This document shows positions 32,920 to 45,139 of a stretch of DNA of 64,000 bases, piece after piece. Both the position numbers and the translations under genes were made by a program. The notes beneath the pieces were generated by a model. The model ran no database searches. It was given only the letters and a program-made list of their open reading frames with translations, and was not told the origin of the DNA. The first letter of the stretch is position 1, and each line of letters begins with the position of its first letter. Origin of the DNA: Candidatus Marinacidobacterium sp. (GTDB lineage: Bacteria > Acidobacteriota > Vicinamibacteria > Marinacidobacterales > Marinacidobacteraceae); assembly GCA_965262645.1 (NCBI GenBank), contig CBDHFO010000010.1, forward strand, positions 418-64,417. Direction: 5' to 3'.

Positions 32920-33075
32920 AGGCGTAGAACTGGTGGTGTGGATTCACGGCAAGATATCGTCCAAGTTCAACTGGGACTGCACGATCTGCCGTTCTTGCCG
33001 TTGGCACATATCTGGTTTCGCCGTACCAAATTAGCGGGAAAACGGCATCAAATAGCGGGAATTCGGATCGTATCT
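32920..33075. promoter_or_regulatory. att-like end homologous (inverted) to 14420-14578
   Basis: TCACGGCAAGA...AAGTTCAA..GGGACTGCACGATCTGCCG...TTTCGCCGT...TAGCGGGAA twice. Confidence 0.65.
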
Positions 33076-33351
33076 GTTCCGGGTCGGCCGCCCGCCTCAA
33101 GTCCCCCCGGCTTGGCTCCTGCCGATCCGCCGTGACGGGGTCCACTCCGTATGGGCGCGGTGAGCGGCCCGTCATCTGAGCGAGCTCGTCCGACGATCCG
33201 CCTCTCGAGTGGATTGCGCCGACTGCGCGCCTACGCGACGGCTCTTGTGCAAGAGGAGAGCGTACGGCGCACAACGTCGGCCTCGATTTCGGGCGTGATC
33301 CGGCCTCGCGGATGGCCGGGCCGGTGTTGGGCGCCGATCTGACCGGCCGAG

Positions 33352-36117
33352 CTACGCCCCTCCACTATCCCGCCGAAAGTTGCCCGCGCCGTCGTTTCTC
33401 CAGATCAGATCCGTCCACTCGTAGTCGTCAACCGCGATATCCAGATCGCCATCCGCGTCCACGTCGTAGACGCGCAGCCACCGAATCCTGCCGGCCTGGT
33501 CGTCCCGGTGCTGGGGAATCGAGGAGGGCGTAGCGTCTGTGAACTGCCTGCCGTCGGCGTTTTCCAAGAGCTGTACATAGTAGCCCTGGTGAAAGTCAAT
33601 ATGTGTCCCGTCACCCGTTCGGTTGACCACGATGTCCCTGTCGCCATCCCCATCGATGTCGCCGACGTCCAAGTCGAGGATGACCCCATGTCCAGGAACT
33701 TCCGGCAGAACCGAGCCCTTCGAGACGCTGTAGCGCCCGCTCTCGTCTCCCCAAAGGATGAGAGTCTTGCCGCCTTCGTGCTCGTGGCCGCCAATCAGGA
33801 GGTCCGCGTAGCCGTCGCGATCGACGTCAGCCAGTTCGGTCGAAAGTATGAACCCGTGGAGTTCTTCGACGTCTGCTCCCCGGGAGAAGGATCCGCTGCC
33901 ATCGTTCATCAGGAATCGCGGAGACCCTGGTGGATCGGATAGGAATACGTCCACATCCCCATCCGCGTCGATGTCGGCCGATGCGCCAAAGTTGCTGCCG
34001 GCAAGGGAGCCCAACCGCTGGCCCTGTGCATACCCGCTTTCCGACGACAGCACGATGTAGGGCGGCTCGCCGGACCAATTGGCATTGCCGGTTACGAACA
34101 CGTCGATGAGACTGTCGCCGTTATAGTCGCCGGGCAGTGCCTTCGTCGCCGAAACCAATGCGGGTGCGCTTCCGTCCATGAATTCCGGAGCGAACGAGAA
34201 ACTCCCGTTGGTGTCGGCGACGTAGAGTTCCGCCGTCAGGGGGGCGCCGGAGTCTTCTCGGGGCGCATAGAAGATGTCGACCTTGCCATCGCCATTGAAA
34301 TCGCCGTATGCCCAGGCATCGGCCCATCCGGCCCTGCCGGCTCGCACGGCGGAATGATCGATCCGGAACGGAGGATGTTGCAGCGAATGAGATGTGCCGT
34401 CGTCCACAGAGTAGTTGGGTGGAATGACTTCGTGCTGGAACTTGCCCGCGCCGTCGTTCTTCCAGATGAGTTGGCGTGACGCTTCGTCGTCGACAATGTC
34501 AGGATCGCCATCCTCGTCGATATCGAAAACGCGCAGCCAAGTAATCCAGTTCTCGTCTGAGTTCTGGTTGTCCAGAAACAGCTGTTCCGTCTGATCGACG
34601 AAGCTGCGCGTCCCGGTCTGCTGCAACAGCTGCACATAATAGCCTTCATACGGTGTGGGAGAGCTACCCGTGCGATTCAGGACGATATCCCTGTCGCCGT
34701 CTCCGTCCGTATCGGCCACGTCGATGTCGACAACGATGCCGTGACCTTGGACTCCCGGCAGGATCGTAGCGCTCAGCGTACTGAAGACGCCGCTCTGATT
34801 TCCCCAGAGTATCTGCGTGGAGAAGTTCTCGTGTTCGTGGCCCGCCACCAGCAAGTCCACATAACCATCGCGGTCGACGTCGACAAGCTCGGCTGTGAAT
34901 ATCCCCTCATGGGGACCGATCCCTTCGATGCGCGCCCAGTCCCTGGTGAACGAGCCGGCGCCGTCGTTGAGCAGGAAGAACGGGCCCCCGAAGGCGTCCG
35001 CGACGAAAACGTCGAGGTCGCCGTCGGCGTCGATGTCCGCGGACGCGCCGCCGTGATGGAAGCCGATGATGCTGTCCAGTCCCTCCGCCTGCACATATCG
35101 GCTGGCTGACGACAGAATTGCGTACGGCGCCTCTCCGGGAAACGGGGGATGGTCGTAGCCGTGGCCTAGGACGAAGACATCAGGCCTTCCGTCGCCGTTG
35201 AAGTCTCCCGGCAGGGCCTTGCGCGGGTGCACGGCGGCGGGCGGATTCGACCCGAAGAACCCGGCATCGAGTGCGAAACCGCCCATCCCGTCACTGATGT
35301 ACATCTCCGCGGGGAAGCGGTTGCGTGATCCGTCCAAAGGCGAATAGAAGATGTCGGTGCGTCCGTCTCCATTGTAGTCCGCGTACGCTATGGCGGAAGC
35401 CCCATCCCTCCCCTCGCGGATGTGCGAATGGGCGACATGGAGCCCGGCGAACTGAAGTGTGTGCGACGTGCCTTCGTCCACCGCGAAGTTGGGCGGAATA
35501 TTGGGCGGAGCGACGGTCACGGTCGCGCTTCCGGTGACTCCGGCGGATGTTGCCGCAATTGTTGCTCGGCCTGCGCTCCGAGCCCGCACAAGGCCGGTGG
35601 AATCGACGGGCGCCACGTCCTCGCTATCTGAACTCCAGACGAACGCGCTTCCGGGAACGGGATTGGCATTGGCATCCCGAGCCTCTGCAGACAAGCGAAC
35701 TGTGTCGCCGACTACAAGAGAAGCGGTTCGTGGCGCGACAGCGACGGAAGCAACATCCTGGCGAACCGTGATCTGTGCGCCGTCCGAGGCGCTTCCCGCG
35801 CTTGCGGTGATCGTCGCCGTCCCCACGGCGACCGCGCGCGCGAGGCCGGACTGGTCTACCGTGGCAATCGAGGGATCCGAGCTCGCCCAGGTCACGGCGA
35901 CCCCGGACATGGGCCAGCCCTGCTGGTCGCGCACTTCCGCCGTCAATCGCGACGTCTCCCGGAGCGCCCTGAACACGACGGTCTCGGGCGTCACGACCAC
36001 TGTAGTAGGCACGAGCGAGACCGGCGGAGTCGGTTCGGTCGCCGGAGCATCGCCACAGGACGAGCCCAAGACAAGGACAACAAGGGACAGCAGAATCCGG
36101 TATCGATTGGCGACCAC
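33352..36117 (-). CDS. Lipoprotein adhesin with Ig-like (Big_2) domains and duplicated FG-GAP/VCBS beta-propeller
   Basis: Lipobox GSS-C; WASSDPSIATVD; many DxDGDGDxD repeats; two halves begin PPNFAVDEGTSH and PPNYSVDDGTSH. Confidence 0.9.
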   Translation of the reverse strand: MVANRYRILLSLVVLVLGSSCGDAPATEPTPPVSLVPTTVVVTPETVVFRALRETSRLTAEVRDQQGWPMSGVAVTWASSDPSIATVDQSGLARAVAVGTATITASAGSASDGAQITVRQDVASVAVAPRTASLVVGDTVRLSAEARDANANPVPGSAFVWSSDSEDVAPVDSTGLVRARSAGRATIAATSAGVTGSATVTVAPPNIPPNFAVDEGTSHTLQFAGLHVAHSHIREGRDGASAIAYADYNGDGRTDIFYSPLDGSRNRFPAEMYISDGMGGFALDAGFFGSNPPAAVHPRKALPGDFNGDGRPDVFVLGHGYDHPPFPGEAPYAILSSASRYVQAEGLDSIIGFHHGGASADIDADGDLDVFVADAFGGPFFLLNDGAGSFTRDWARIEGIGPHEGIFTAELVDVDRDGYVDLLVAGHEHENFSTQILWGNQSGVFSTLSATILPGVQGHGIVVDIDVADTDGDGDRDIVLNRTGSSPTPYEGYYVQLLQQTGTRSFVDQTEQLFLDNQNSDENWITWLRVFDIDEDGDPDIVDDEASRQLIWKNDGAGKFQHEVIPPNYSVDDGTSHSLQHPPFRIDHSAVRAGRAGWADAWAYGDFNGDGKVDIFYAPREDSGAPLTAELYVADTNGSFSFAPEFMDGSAPALVSATKALPGDYNGDSLIDVFVTGNANWSGEPPYIVLSSESGYAQGQRLGSLAGSNFGASADIDADGDVDVFLSDPPGSPRFLMNDGSGSFSRGADVEELHGFILSTELADVDRDGYADLLIGGHEHEGGKTLILWGDESGRYSVSKGSVLPEVPGHGVILDLDVGDIDGDGDRDIVVNRTGDGTHIDFHQGYYVQLLENADGRQFTDATPSSIPQHRDDQAGRIRWLRVYDVDADGDLDIAVDDYEWTDLIWRNDGAGNFRRDSGGA

Positions 36118-36130
36118 GCCGTGCTCCTAA

Positions 36131-37836
36131 CCTGAATTTCTCAAAGCAATAAGGTGGCACCGGCCTCCGGGGACTGTTAAGTTTATGTGGGCCAATAACT
36201 TGACAGTCACCAAACCGGAGGACCGATGCCGACACAGTGTAGACCCGTTTCGTTCGGACTTCAAGGGTGCCGGGGCAGGAGGGTGATGGCCGCGTTCGAC
36301 GGCGGCTCGATCACCTCGAACGCGGGAACCCTGTTGCTGCGGGGGATCGACCGCTCGATCGGGCTGTTCGACCGGGTGGCCGCCTGCTTCACGGACCGGC
36401 GCGATCCGCGTCTGACGGAGCACTCGGTGCGCACGCTGGTCGCGCAGCGCATCACCGGCATCGCCCTGGGATACGAAGATCTCAACGACCATGACTTCCT
36501 GCGGCACGATCCCCTGCTGGCCCTGTTGTCCGGCAAGCTCGGGGGAAGGCGCAAGGGCTGCGCGGCGCTGGCGGGCAAGAGCACGCTGAACCGCCTCGAG
36601 CACGCACCCGGGGACGGGAGGCCGGGACGGTATCACAGGATCGCCCATGACCCCGGGGCGCTCCAGGCGCTGCTCACCGAACTGTTCATCGAGTCCTGGC
36701 CGGGACGGCTGCCGCCGTCGCGGCTCGTGCTCGACATCGACGCGACGGACGACAAGGTGCACGGCCGCCAGGAGGGCCGCTCCTTCCACGGCTACTACGG
36801 CCACCACTGCCTCCTGCCGCTCTACATCTTCTGCGGCAAGCACCCGCTGTGCGCCGTGCTCCGGCCGGGCAACTCCGGCGCCGCTTCGGGCGCGACCGAA
36901 GCGCTCGCCCGCATCGTCGCCCGGCTGCGCCGCCGGTGGCCCGGGCTCGGCATCCTGGTGCGGGCCGACTCCGCCTACGCCCGCGAGGAACTGCTGGCCT
37001 GGTGCGAGGACAACGGCGTGGACTACGTCATCGGCGTCGCCCGCAACGCCCGGCTCGCCCGGAGAATCGCGCCGGAACTCCTCGCCGCCCGGGTCGAGTC
37101 GCGGGGCCGCCGCCGCCCGGTCCGCATCTACGAGGAGTTCGCCCACTCCACCCGGAGGAGCTGGTCCCGCCCGCGCCGCGTCATCGCCAAGGCCGAGCAT
37201 CTGCCGGGCAAGCCCAACCCCCGCTTCGTCGTCACCTCGCTCCCGGAGACCCTCTCCCCCCGGACCGTCTACGAACGCGTGTACTGCCCCCGTGGCAACG
37301 CCGAGAACGCCATCAAGGAGCAGCAGCTCGACCTGTTCGCCGACCGGACCTCCGCCACCCGCTTCCCCGCCAACCAGCTCCGGCTCCTCTTCTCCGCCTT
37401 CGCATCCATCCTCATGGCCGCGCTGCGCCGCGCGCTCTCCGGCACCGGCCTGGCCCGCGCCACCGCCGGCACGCTGCGCCTGAAGCTCCTCAAAATCGGA
37501 GCGCGCGTGATGGTCTCGGCGCGCAGGGTCAAAGTCGCCATGGACTCCGCGCATCCCTCCGCCTCCGCCTTCGCCCGCGTCCACGCCCGATTACCCGGGT
37601 AGAAACCGCGACCCCCGGACCGTGACTCCCGCCGCTTCCCCGCGGCGGAGGGACCGGTCTGCCCGCTCGCCCCGCCGGGATCCGCCAACGCCGCGCACAC
37701 CCCTCCCCGGGCGCCTCTCCGCCCCGCATCCGACTATGACGGCCCGATATTTCGCCCCACAATGGCCCCGCCACTCGCGACGGCTCGTCAGGTCGCCCGC
37801 CAACCACCGCCAACCGGCTCGTGTGAGAAATCCGGG
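36131..37836 (+). mobile_element. IS1380-family element; intact transposase 36226-37602
   Basis: Same IRs as the 31212 copy; flanks CTAA / CTAG. Confidence 0.93.
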
Positions 37837-38996
37837 CTAGGTTCTTGGCCCGGAACGGCGGCATCAATAGGAAGACTGGGTGGGGTGTCAATGGGGATCG
37901 GAGAAAACCAACCTGCGGGGAGAAATCAAGCGAAAATGGAAGATCATGTAACGGGCCTTTTGCCTTCTCGCAGGTTGCTCTGGAATCCTCGACGGCGTTG
38001 GATCCCGAGAGTTCTTCTGGCCAAAGCGCATCGCGCCGTCATCGCCGCAGTCAGTATGTTTGGGTTAGTTGCATGGGCGTGGGGCTGTGGCGCCGATACC
38101 ACGGGACCGGAACCACCGCCGCCACCCCCAAACCGGGCACCGACAGCATTCGGTTCAATTCCGCCCTTAACCGTCACTGCCGGAGAGACGGTGACCACCG
38201 ACGTGGCATCGTATTTTCGCGACCCTGATGGGGACGCGCTGACCTACTCGACGATGACATCACATGCCGGGACGGCTTCACCCACGATTACCGGAAGCAG
38301 CTTGACCATTGCCGGGGTATCACCAGGCACGGCAACGGTCACCGTAACTGCGCGGGATCCGGGCGGTCTGACAGCAACACAGAGCGCCGCCGTCACGGTG
38401 GCACGTCCGAACCAGCCACCGGTTGTTGTGGGGACGATCCCGCCGCCAACTGTTGTAGCGGGTGAAACAGTCACGGTCGTCTTGTCCGAGTATTTCAGTG
38501 ATCCGGACGGGGACACTTTGACCTACGCGGCCTCGACTTCCGACCCGGCGATCGCCTCGCCCACGACTTCGGAAGGCACTTTGACGATCGCGGGTGTAGC
38601 ACCGGGAACTGCGACGGTCACAATTGTGGCGCGGGACCCCGGCGGACTCTCGGTTCAGCAAAGCACCGCAGTGACCGTAGCCAGCCGAATCACTGCGGTC
38701 ACTGTCTCACCCGCCGCAGACACAATAGTGACGGGCGACACGTTGCGACTGACAGCTAGGGCGGTAGATGCGGCCGGGCAAACAGTGACGACGGCCGTAG
38801 TCTCGTGGGTTTCCAGCGATACCTCGGTGGCTGAGGTGGACGCTTCAGGATTGGTCCGGGGTGTTTCAGAAGGCGTGGCGACAGTCTCCGCAGCAGCAGG
38901 GAGCGCACGAGGCACGGCGGAGATCAGGGTGTTCAGCCCGGATCGGGCCGCCCTTGTGGCGCTATACCGTGCGACAAGCGGAGAAAACTGGTCTAG

Positions 38997-40687
38997 CCCG
39001 GATTTCTCAAACGCATAGGAAGGCACCGGCCTCCGGGAGCTGTTAAGTTTATGTGGGGCAAGAACTTGACAGCGACGACACCGGAGGACCGATGCCGACA
39101 CAGTGTAAACCGCTTTCCTTCGCATTTCAAGGGTGCCAGGGCCGCAGGGTAGCGGCCGCGTTCGACGGGGGCGCGATCACCTCGAACGCCGGAGTGCTGC
39201 TGCTCCGCGAGATCGACCGTTCGGTGGGGCTCCTGGACCAGGTGGCAGGTTGCTTCACCGACTACCGCGATCCCCGTCTCACGGAACACTCGGTCGGGAC
39301 GCTGGTGAGGCAGCGCGTCATGGGCATCACCCTGGGATACGAAGACCTCAACGACCACGACCAGCTGCGGCACGACCCTGTTCTGGCCCTGCTCTCCGGC
39401 AAGCTCGAGGGACATCGGAAGGACTGTGCGCCGTTGGCGGGGAAGAGCACCCTGAACCGGCTTGAACACGCGCCCCCGCGTGGCGAGCCGGGCCGCTACC
39501 ACAGGATCGGCCATGATGCGGACGCGCTGCAGGCCGTGCTGCTCGAGTCGTTCATCGACTCCTGGAAGGGCGGGCGGCCGTCGCGCCTGGTGCTCGACAT
39601 CGACGCGACCGACGACGAGGTCCACGGGCGCCAGGAGGGCCGCTTCTTCCACGGCTACTACGGCCACTACTGCTTCCTGCCGCTCTACATCACCTGCGGC
39701 GGCCGCCCGCTCTTCGCCCAACTGAGGCCGGGCAACGCGGATCCCGCCGGAGGCGTGACCGGGCCGCTGGGCCGCATCGTCGAACGGCTCCGGGAGCGGT
39801 GGCCGGGACTGGAGATCCTGCTTCGGGCCGATGCCTCCTATGCCCGCGAGGAGATCCTGGCCTGGTGCGAGGGCAACGGCGTGGACTACGTCATCGGCCT
39901 GGCCCGGAACTCGCGGCTCGTCGAGAAGATCGGCTGGGAGCTGGCCGACGCCCAGGCGGAGGCGAAGCGGCGGGGCCGCCCGGCCCGCCGGTTCAAGGAG
40001 TTCCTCTACGCCACACTCACAAGCTGGTCCCGCAAGCGCCGGGTCGTCGCCAAGGCCGAGCACCTGCCCGGCAAGGCCAACCCGCGCTTCGTGGTCACCT
40101 CGCTGCCCGACACCTTCTCGGCCCGGACCGTCTACGAGCGCGTCTACTGCCCGAGGGGCAACATGGAGAACACGATCAAGGAGCAGCAGCTCGATCTCTT
40201 CTCCGACCGGACCTCGGCGTCGCGCTTCGCCGCCAACCAGCTCCGGATCCTCTTCTCCGCCTTCGCCTCGATCCTCTTCGTTGCGCTCAGGCGTGCGCTG
40301 CACGGCACCCGCCTGGCCCGCGCCACCGCCGGAACGCTGCGGCTCAAGCTCCTCAAGATCGGCGCCCGCGTCACGGTCTCGGTGCGAAGGGTCAAGGTCG
40401 CCATGGACTCCGCACACCCGTCGGCCGCCGCCTTCGCACGCGTCCACGCCCGATTGCCAGGGTAACGACTCCACACCCCCTTCGAGACACCCGTTCCAGC
40501 CGATCCTCCGGGGACCACTGCGCCGCAGGACCAAAAAAGCTCGCTCAGGCAGCGGTTCCCGCTACTCTGGCCCCCCGAAAACACGGCCGCAGAGCCGCTT
40601 GCTCCTGCTCCACCTGCTCCCTCGGCAGAAACTCGGCCCCAACGCTGCCCCCAAAGCCCTCAGCGGTGACTGTGTGAGAAATCCGGG
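38997..40687 (+). mobile_element. IS1380-family element; transposase 39092-40465
   Basis: Perfect IR CCCGGATTTCTCA; CTAG TSD; paralogue of 36226-37602. Confidence 0.93.
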
Positions 40688-41538
40688 CTAGCAGCGATAA
40701 CTGGCTGACAGATTTGCCATTGGAGGACTGGCACGGAGTATCAATGAACACTGGCGGCCGTGTGCGGATCCTGAATCTCGTCACTAACGGCTTGGCCGGT
40801 CCGATTCCTCCGGATATCGGAGCCCTGACCAAACTGGAGTCGCTGGGCTTGGCTGACAACAACCTGACAGGTCCGATTCCCCCGGAAATCGCAAAGCTGC
40901 TCGAATTAAAGGTCTTGTGGCTCCATTTGAATAACCTGACAGGTGAGATTCCCCCGGACATCGGAACTCTGACGAACCTAGAGAGCCTGTTACTAGCCCT
41001 CAACAACCTGACGGGCCCGATTCCCCCACAACTCGGAAACCTGATCAACCTGCGGACATTGGTCCTCGCCGACAACGCCCTGACGGGCCCGATTCCTCCA
41101 GAACTCGGAAACCTGATCGAATTGACGCACTTGTGGCTCCAGGGAATCGCCTTGACGGGTCCGATTCCGTTGGAACTCAGAAACCTCACCGCGCTCAAAT
41201 CCTTCCTCTACTATAACACCAGCCTTTGCGTTCCCGACGACGACTCCTTCCGCACATGGCTGAATAACATCCCGGACCACCAGGGAACCGGAGTAGACTG
41301 CAAGGCATCTAGTGGATTTCGCGACGATTTTTCCTCCTCGGCAAGTCTTTTCAACTGGACGCTAAAGGGTGCACGTGCCACCATATCCGATGGTGCCCTG
41401 AGTCTGACAGAAGACAGCACTTCATGTGCCAGTGCATTTAGAGATCACGACGGGAAAGGCTGGGATGTAAAGGAGCTGCGGATGCGTGCAGCCAGCACTG
41501 AGAGCATCGGTTTGGTAGTGTTGCGCTTCGACGTAGAT

Positions 41539-43284
41539 GAGGTAGGGCCAAAAGGTGTGTAAAAGGAGAGACGGCGTACCTTTCAATCGGTGACATCACT
41601 CACACGAGCCGGGGAGGAGACCCCGGGAAAGGAACGCCGTCTCATGAAGGAAGCTACGCAGGGAAGCAGGTGGAAGTCCAGTGATGTGTGGGAGACGCTG
41701 GAGCAGATGGTGCGGGGGAGGGTGCAGGAGTTCATCCAGGAGATCCTGGAAGACGAGGTCACGGAGTTTCTGGGCGGCCGGGCGAAGTCGCAGCGCAGGG
41801 CGTCGGTCGAGGGCGGGCCGAAGGGATACCGCAACGGGTACGGGAAGCCGCGGAATCTGACGTTGGCCTCGGGGACCGTGGAGGTGTGCCGGCCCCGGGT
41901 CCGCGACGTGGAGGAACGGTTCGAGAGCCGGGTGCTGCCGCTGTTCGCGCGGCGGACGAAGGAGGCGGCCGAGCTGGTGGTGCAGCTGTACCTGCACGGC
42001 CTGGCCGAGGGGGACTTCGAGTTGGCCCTGCGGGGTCTGCTGGGGGACGGGGCGCCGCTGTCGAAGTCCACGGTGCGCCGCCTGCGGGAGCGGTGGGTCG
42101 CGGAGCACGCCGCGTGGGAGCGCCGCTCGCTCGCGGGCCGGGAGCTGGTCTACGCCTGGGCCGACGGGATCTATGTGAAGGCGGGCCTCGAGAAGGACAA
42201 GGCGGCCCTGCTGGTCGTGATCGGAGCCATGGCGGACGGCACCAAGGAAGTCCTCGCCGTGGCGCCGGGCTTCCGCGAGTCGGCCGAGTCGTGGGCCGCG
42301 GTGCTGCGGGGCCTCAAGGCCCGGGGGCTCGGCGTGCCGAAGCTGCTGGTGGCCGACGGCAACCTGGGCATCTGGGCGGCGGCCCGGCAGGTGTGGCCGG
42401 AGGCCGGGGAGCAGCGGTGCTGGAACCACAAGATGGCCAACGTCCTCGACCGTCTGCCGAAGCGCGAGCAGGCGGAGGCGAAGCGGCGGCTGCGAGAGGT
42501 CGTGTACGCGGAGTCGAGGGCCGGGGCGGAGAAGGCTCGCGACGCCTTCGGGGACCGCTACGGCGACACGTATCCCAAGGCGGTCGAGATCCTGGCCGGC
42601 GACTGGGGCCGGATGACTGCGTTCTACGACTTCCCCGCCGGGCACTGGAGGCACCTGCGCACGACGAACGTGGTCGAAAGCCCGTTCGCGGCGGTGCGGC
42701 TGCGCACGTCGGCCGCCAAGCGGTTCAAGAGGGTCGACGGCGCCACGGCGCTGATCTGGAAGCTCCTCATGGTCGCCGAGAAGCGGTTCCGGAAGCTCAA
42801 CGCCCCCCACCTGCTACCCGGGGTGCTCGCGGGCAAGCGGTACGCCGACGGCAAGCCCGTCCCCGCACAGGAACAGCGCGCGGCCTGACGACGGTCCACG
42901 AACCCCGGTCCGTCCAGCGCGGGCCGCCGAAGGACGGGGCGCACCAGAGCCGCCCGGGGGACCGTCGCGGCAAGACTCCGAGCCGCCAACATCGCCCGAT
43001 CGCCAGCGAATGGCCGGTTCCCGGCGAATCCGGCCCGCAGAGGCCCGAGAATCCGTCCCCAGAGGCCGCCCGCTTGCCTTCGGCCTACCCTTACCCCTCG
43101 GCAAATCCGGTCATTCGCTCCCACGCATGCCGTCGCAACCTCTCGTTCTCACCTTGATTGTCGCTCGATAGCGGACACCCCCGGCTGGCCAGAACGAAGA
43201 AGAAAGACTATCCTGAACAGACTACCAAACGTCACCGAACGGGGTCACGCCCGCCGACGTTTACACACTTTTTGCCCCAACCTC
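41539..43284 (+). mobile_element. IS256-family element; transposase ~41644-42888
   Basis: IRs GAGGT(A/T)GGG(C/G)CAAAA(G/A)GTGTGTAAA; 8-bp TSD ACGTAGAT; RNGY, WADG, QRCWNHK, LRTTNVVES. Confidence 0.93.
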
Positions 43285-43709
43285 ACGTAGATTCAACAAC
43301 CACATTCGATGCGTTGTTTGGCAACACACCAAGCGTGTTTAATACCAACAATTTCTATTTCCGACGTAACAACGTAGTCCAAGAGCGCGGGTATTTCTCT
43401 GCGATTGATGTTGCACCTCGAGAGTTCATGGATTTCTCCCTCAGTGTCGATCAAGGGGTAATCACGGTGCACGTAGGGGATCAACTTATTTTCCGCACTG
43501 CGGAGTTTGGTAGCCCTCGAATAGTGAATTACGGAATGGCTGTTTGCTCAACAACAGATGATAGACATCGATCTGGCTTGTTCGACTGGTATGAAGCGAA
43601 CAACTCTCGTAGTAGTGTGGGTGCCGAGTTGCCAATGGAACGAATCGAAAGCGTTCGTGACTCGCCCATAAGACAAGGCGTAGAGTTACGCCGCATAAGC
43701 TTATCAGAC

Positions 43710-43855
43710 GAGGTAGGGTCAAAGGGTGTGTAAAAGGAGAGACGGCGTACCTTTCAATCGGTGACACCACTCACACGAACCGGGGAGGAGACCCCGGGAA
43801 AGGCACGCCGTCTCATGACGGAAGCTACGCAGGGAAGCAGGTGGGAGTCCAGTGA
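43710..43855 (+). mobile_element. Left end of a second IS256 copy (truncated)
   Basis: Near-identical to 41539-41684. Confidence 0.85.
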
Positions 43856-43877
43856 CAGTCTTGTCCAACGACAAATG

Positions 43878-45139
43878 AGTATCCATGTGTCAAGTATTCG
43901 GTCTGGAGTGACTCCGGACTGAGGCGTGGCACGCCGGTGTGAGAGGAGCGAAGGTAGCCATGTCAGGCAACCGCAGCCGACTGCGGTTCCGGGGTCCAGA
44001 GGCGGTCCTGCTGGACAAGGACGTTGGCGAGGATCACGAGCTTCCGCATGACCGCCGTGAGCGCGACCTTCGGCGGCTTGCCGACGGCAAGCAGGGCCTC
44101 GTATTTCCGCTTGAGGTGGGGATTGCAGCGGATCGCGGCCAAAGCGGGCATGTAGAGCATCCGCCGCACCTTCTCCCTTCCGCCCTGGATGAAGCTGCGC
44201 CCCTTCCAGGTGCCGGACTCGCGGGTAACCGGCGCCAGCCCAGCGAGGCCGGCGGCCCGGGGCCCGGTCATCGTACCGAGTTCGGGCATGTGGACGAGCA
44301 GCCCCGCGGCGGTGATGCCGGAGATGCCGGGGATCGAGGTGAGGATCTCGGTCTTGCGTCTCAGAAGCTTCTCACTTCGGAGCAGCTTCTGGATCTCGGC
44401 GTCGACATCCTTCAGATGGCGCTTGATCTCGGCCAGCCGACTGTCGTGGATCCCCTTGGCCAGAGGATATCGCAAGTTCTTGCTCCGGTTGATGATGGCA
44501 GTCTTCTCTGCGATCAGCGCATCGCGCACCAACTGCAGTTTGGAAAGCTCACGCTGGCTCCGGGACTTGCCCCGGGTCGGGCGCAGATCGTCGATCGCGG
44601 CCGCCATGACTGCCAGCGTGCGTGCGTCGATAGCGTCCGTTTTGGCGCGCGGTCCCAGCGACCTGGCGAAGCACCGGACCTGGTAGGGGTTGATCGCGTA
44701 CAGAGGAACCTCCGCCTTCAACAAGGCTTCCTCGAAGTCGCGGTGCCACGGGCCAGTGGGCTCGTAGGCGACCCGGTCGAGCTCTGCCCCTATCCAGTTG
44801 ATCAGCTTCCGGAACCCGGCCGCGTCGTTCGCAAAGCGGGCGGCCTTGGCTTGGGGTGCGGCGTAGGTGTCGAGTCAGGCTTTCGAGATGTCGATCCCGA
44901 CGGTATGGTGGGTCATCTTCCCTTCTCCTGTGCTTGTCATGCGAGCCATTATGCTCAGGTATCCATTCAGGACGTTGGGAAGGACGGTGGCGACCACACT
45001 GCTATACGGCCCGTAGACGGCCAAGCGCTAGACGGCCCGACCACCGCCCCCCTTCGGTGCTCCCGCGGGAGCACCGAAGGGCCGGGCCCACCCCACGGAC
45101 CCGGAAATTCAAATCTAGGGGTGAAATGGAACAGACAAG
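43878..45139 (-). mobile_element. IS110-family element (copy 2); recombinase pseudogene 43963-44916
   Basis: Paralogue of copy 1; codon 14 is TGA (CGG in copy 1); CT core at both junctions. Confidence 0.9.
44925..45105 (-). ncRNA. Bridge RNA of IS110 copy 2 (different target guides)
   Basis: Same scaffold and donor guides as copy 1; target guides TCTAGCGCT (45024-45032) / ATAGCAG (44999-45005). Confidence 0.85.

Larger units (their letters stand above)
37935..43709 (+). pseudogene. Ig/cadherin-like and plant-type LRR lipoprotein gene broken by IS1380 and IS256 insertions
   Basis: Removing the ISs gives one frame: FxDPDGD repeats, Big_2, DRAALVALY...NWS|SSDNWL...WHGV, LTGPIPPELGNL repeats, FDVD|STTTFD. 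Start uncertain; 3' end cut at 43710. Confidence 0.88.
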
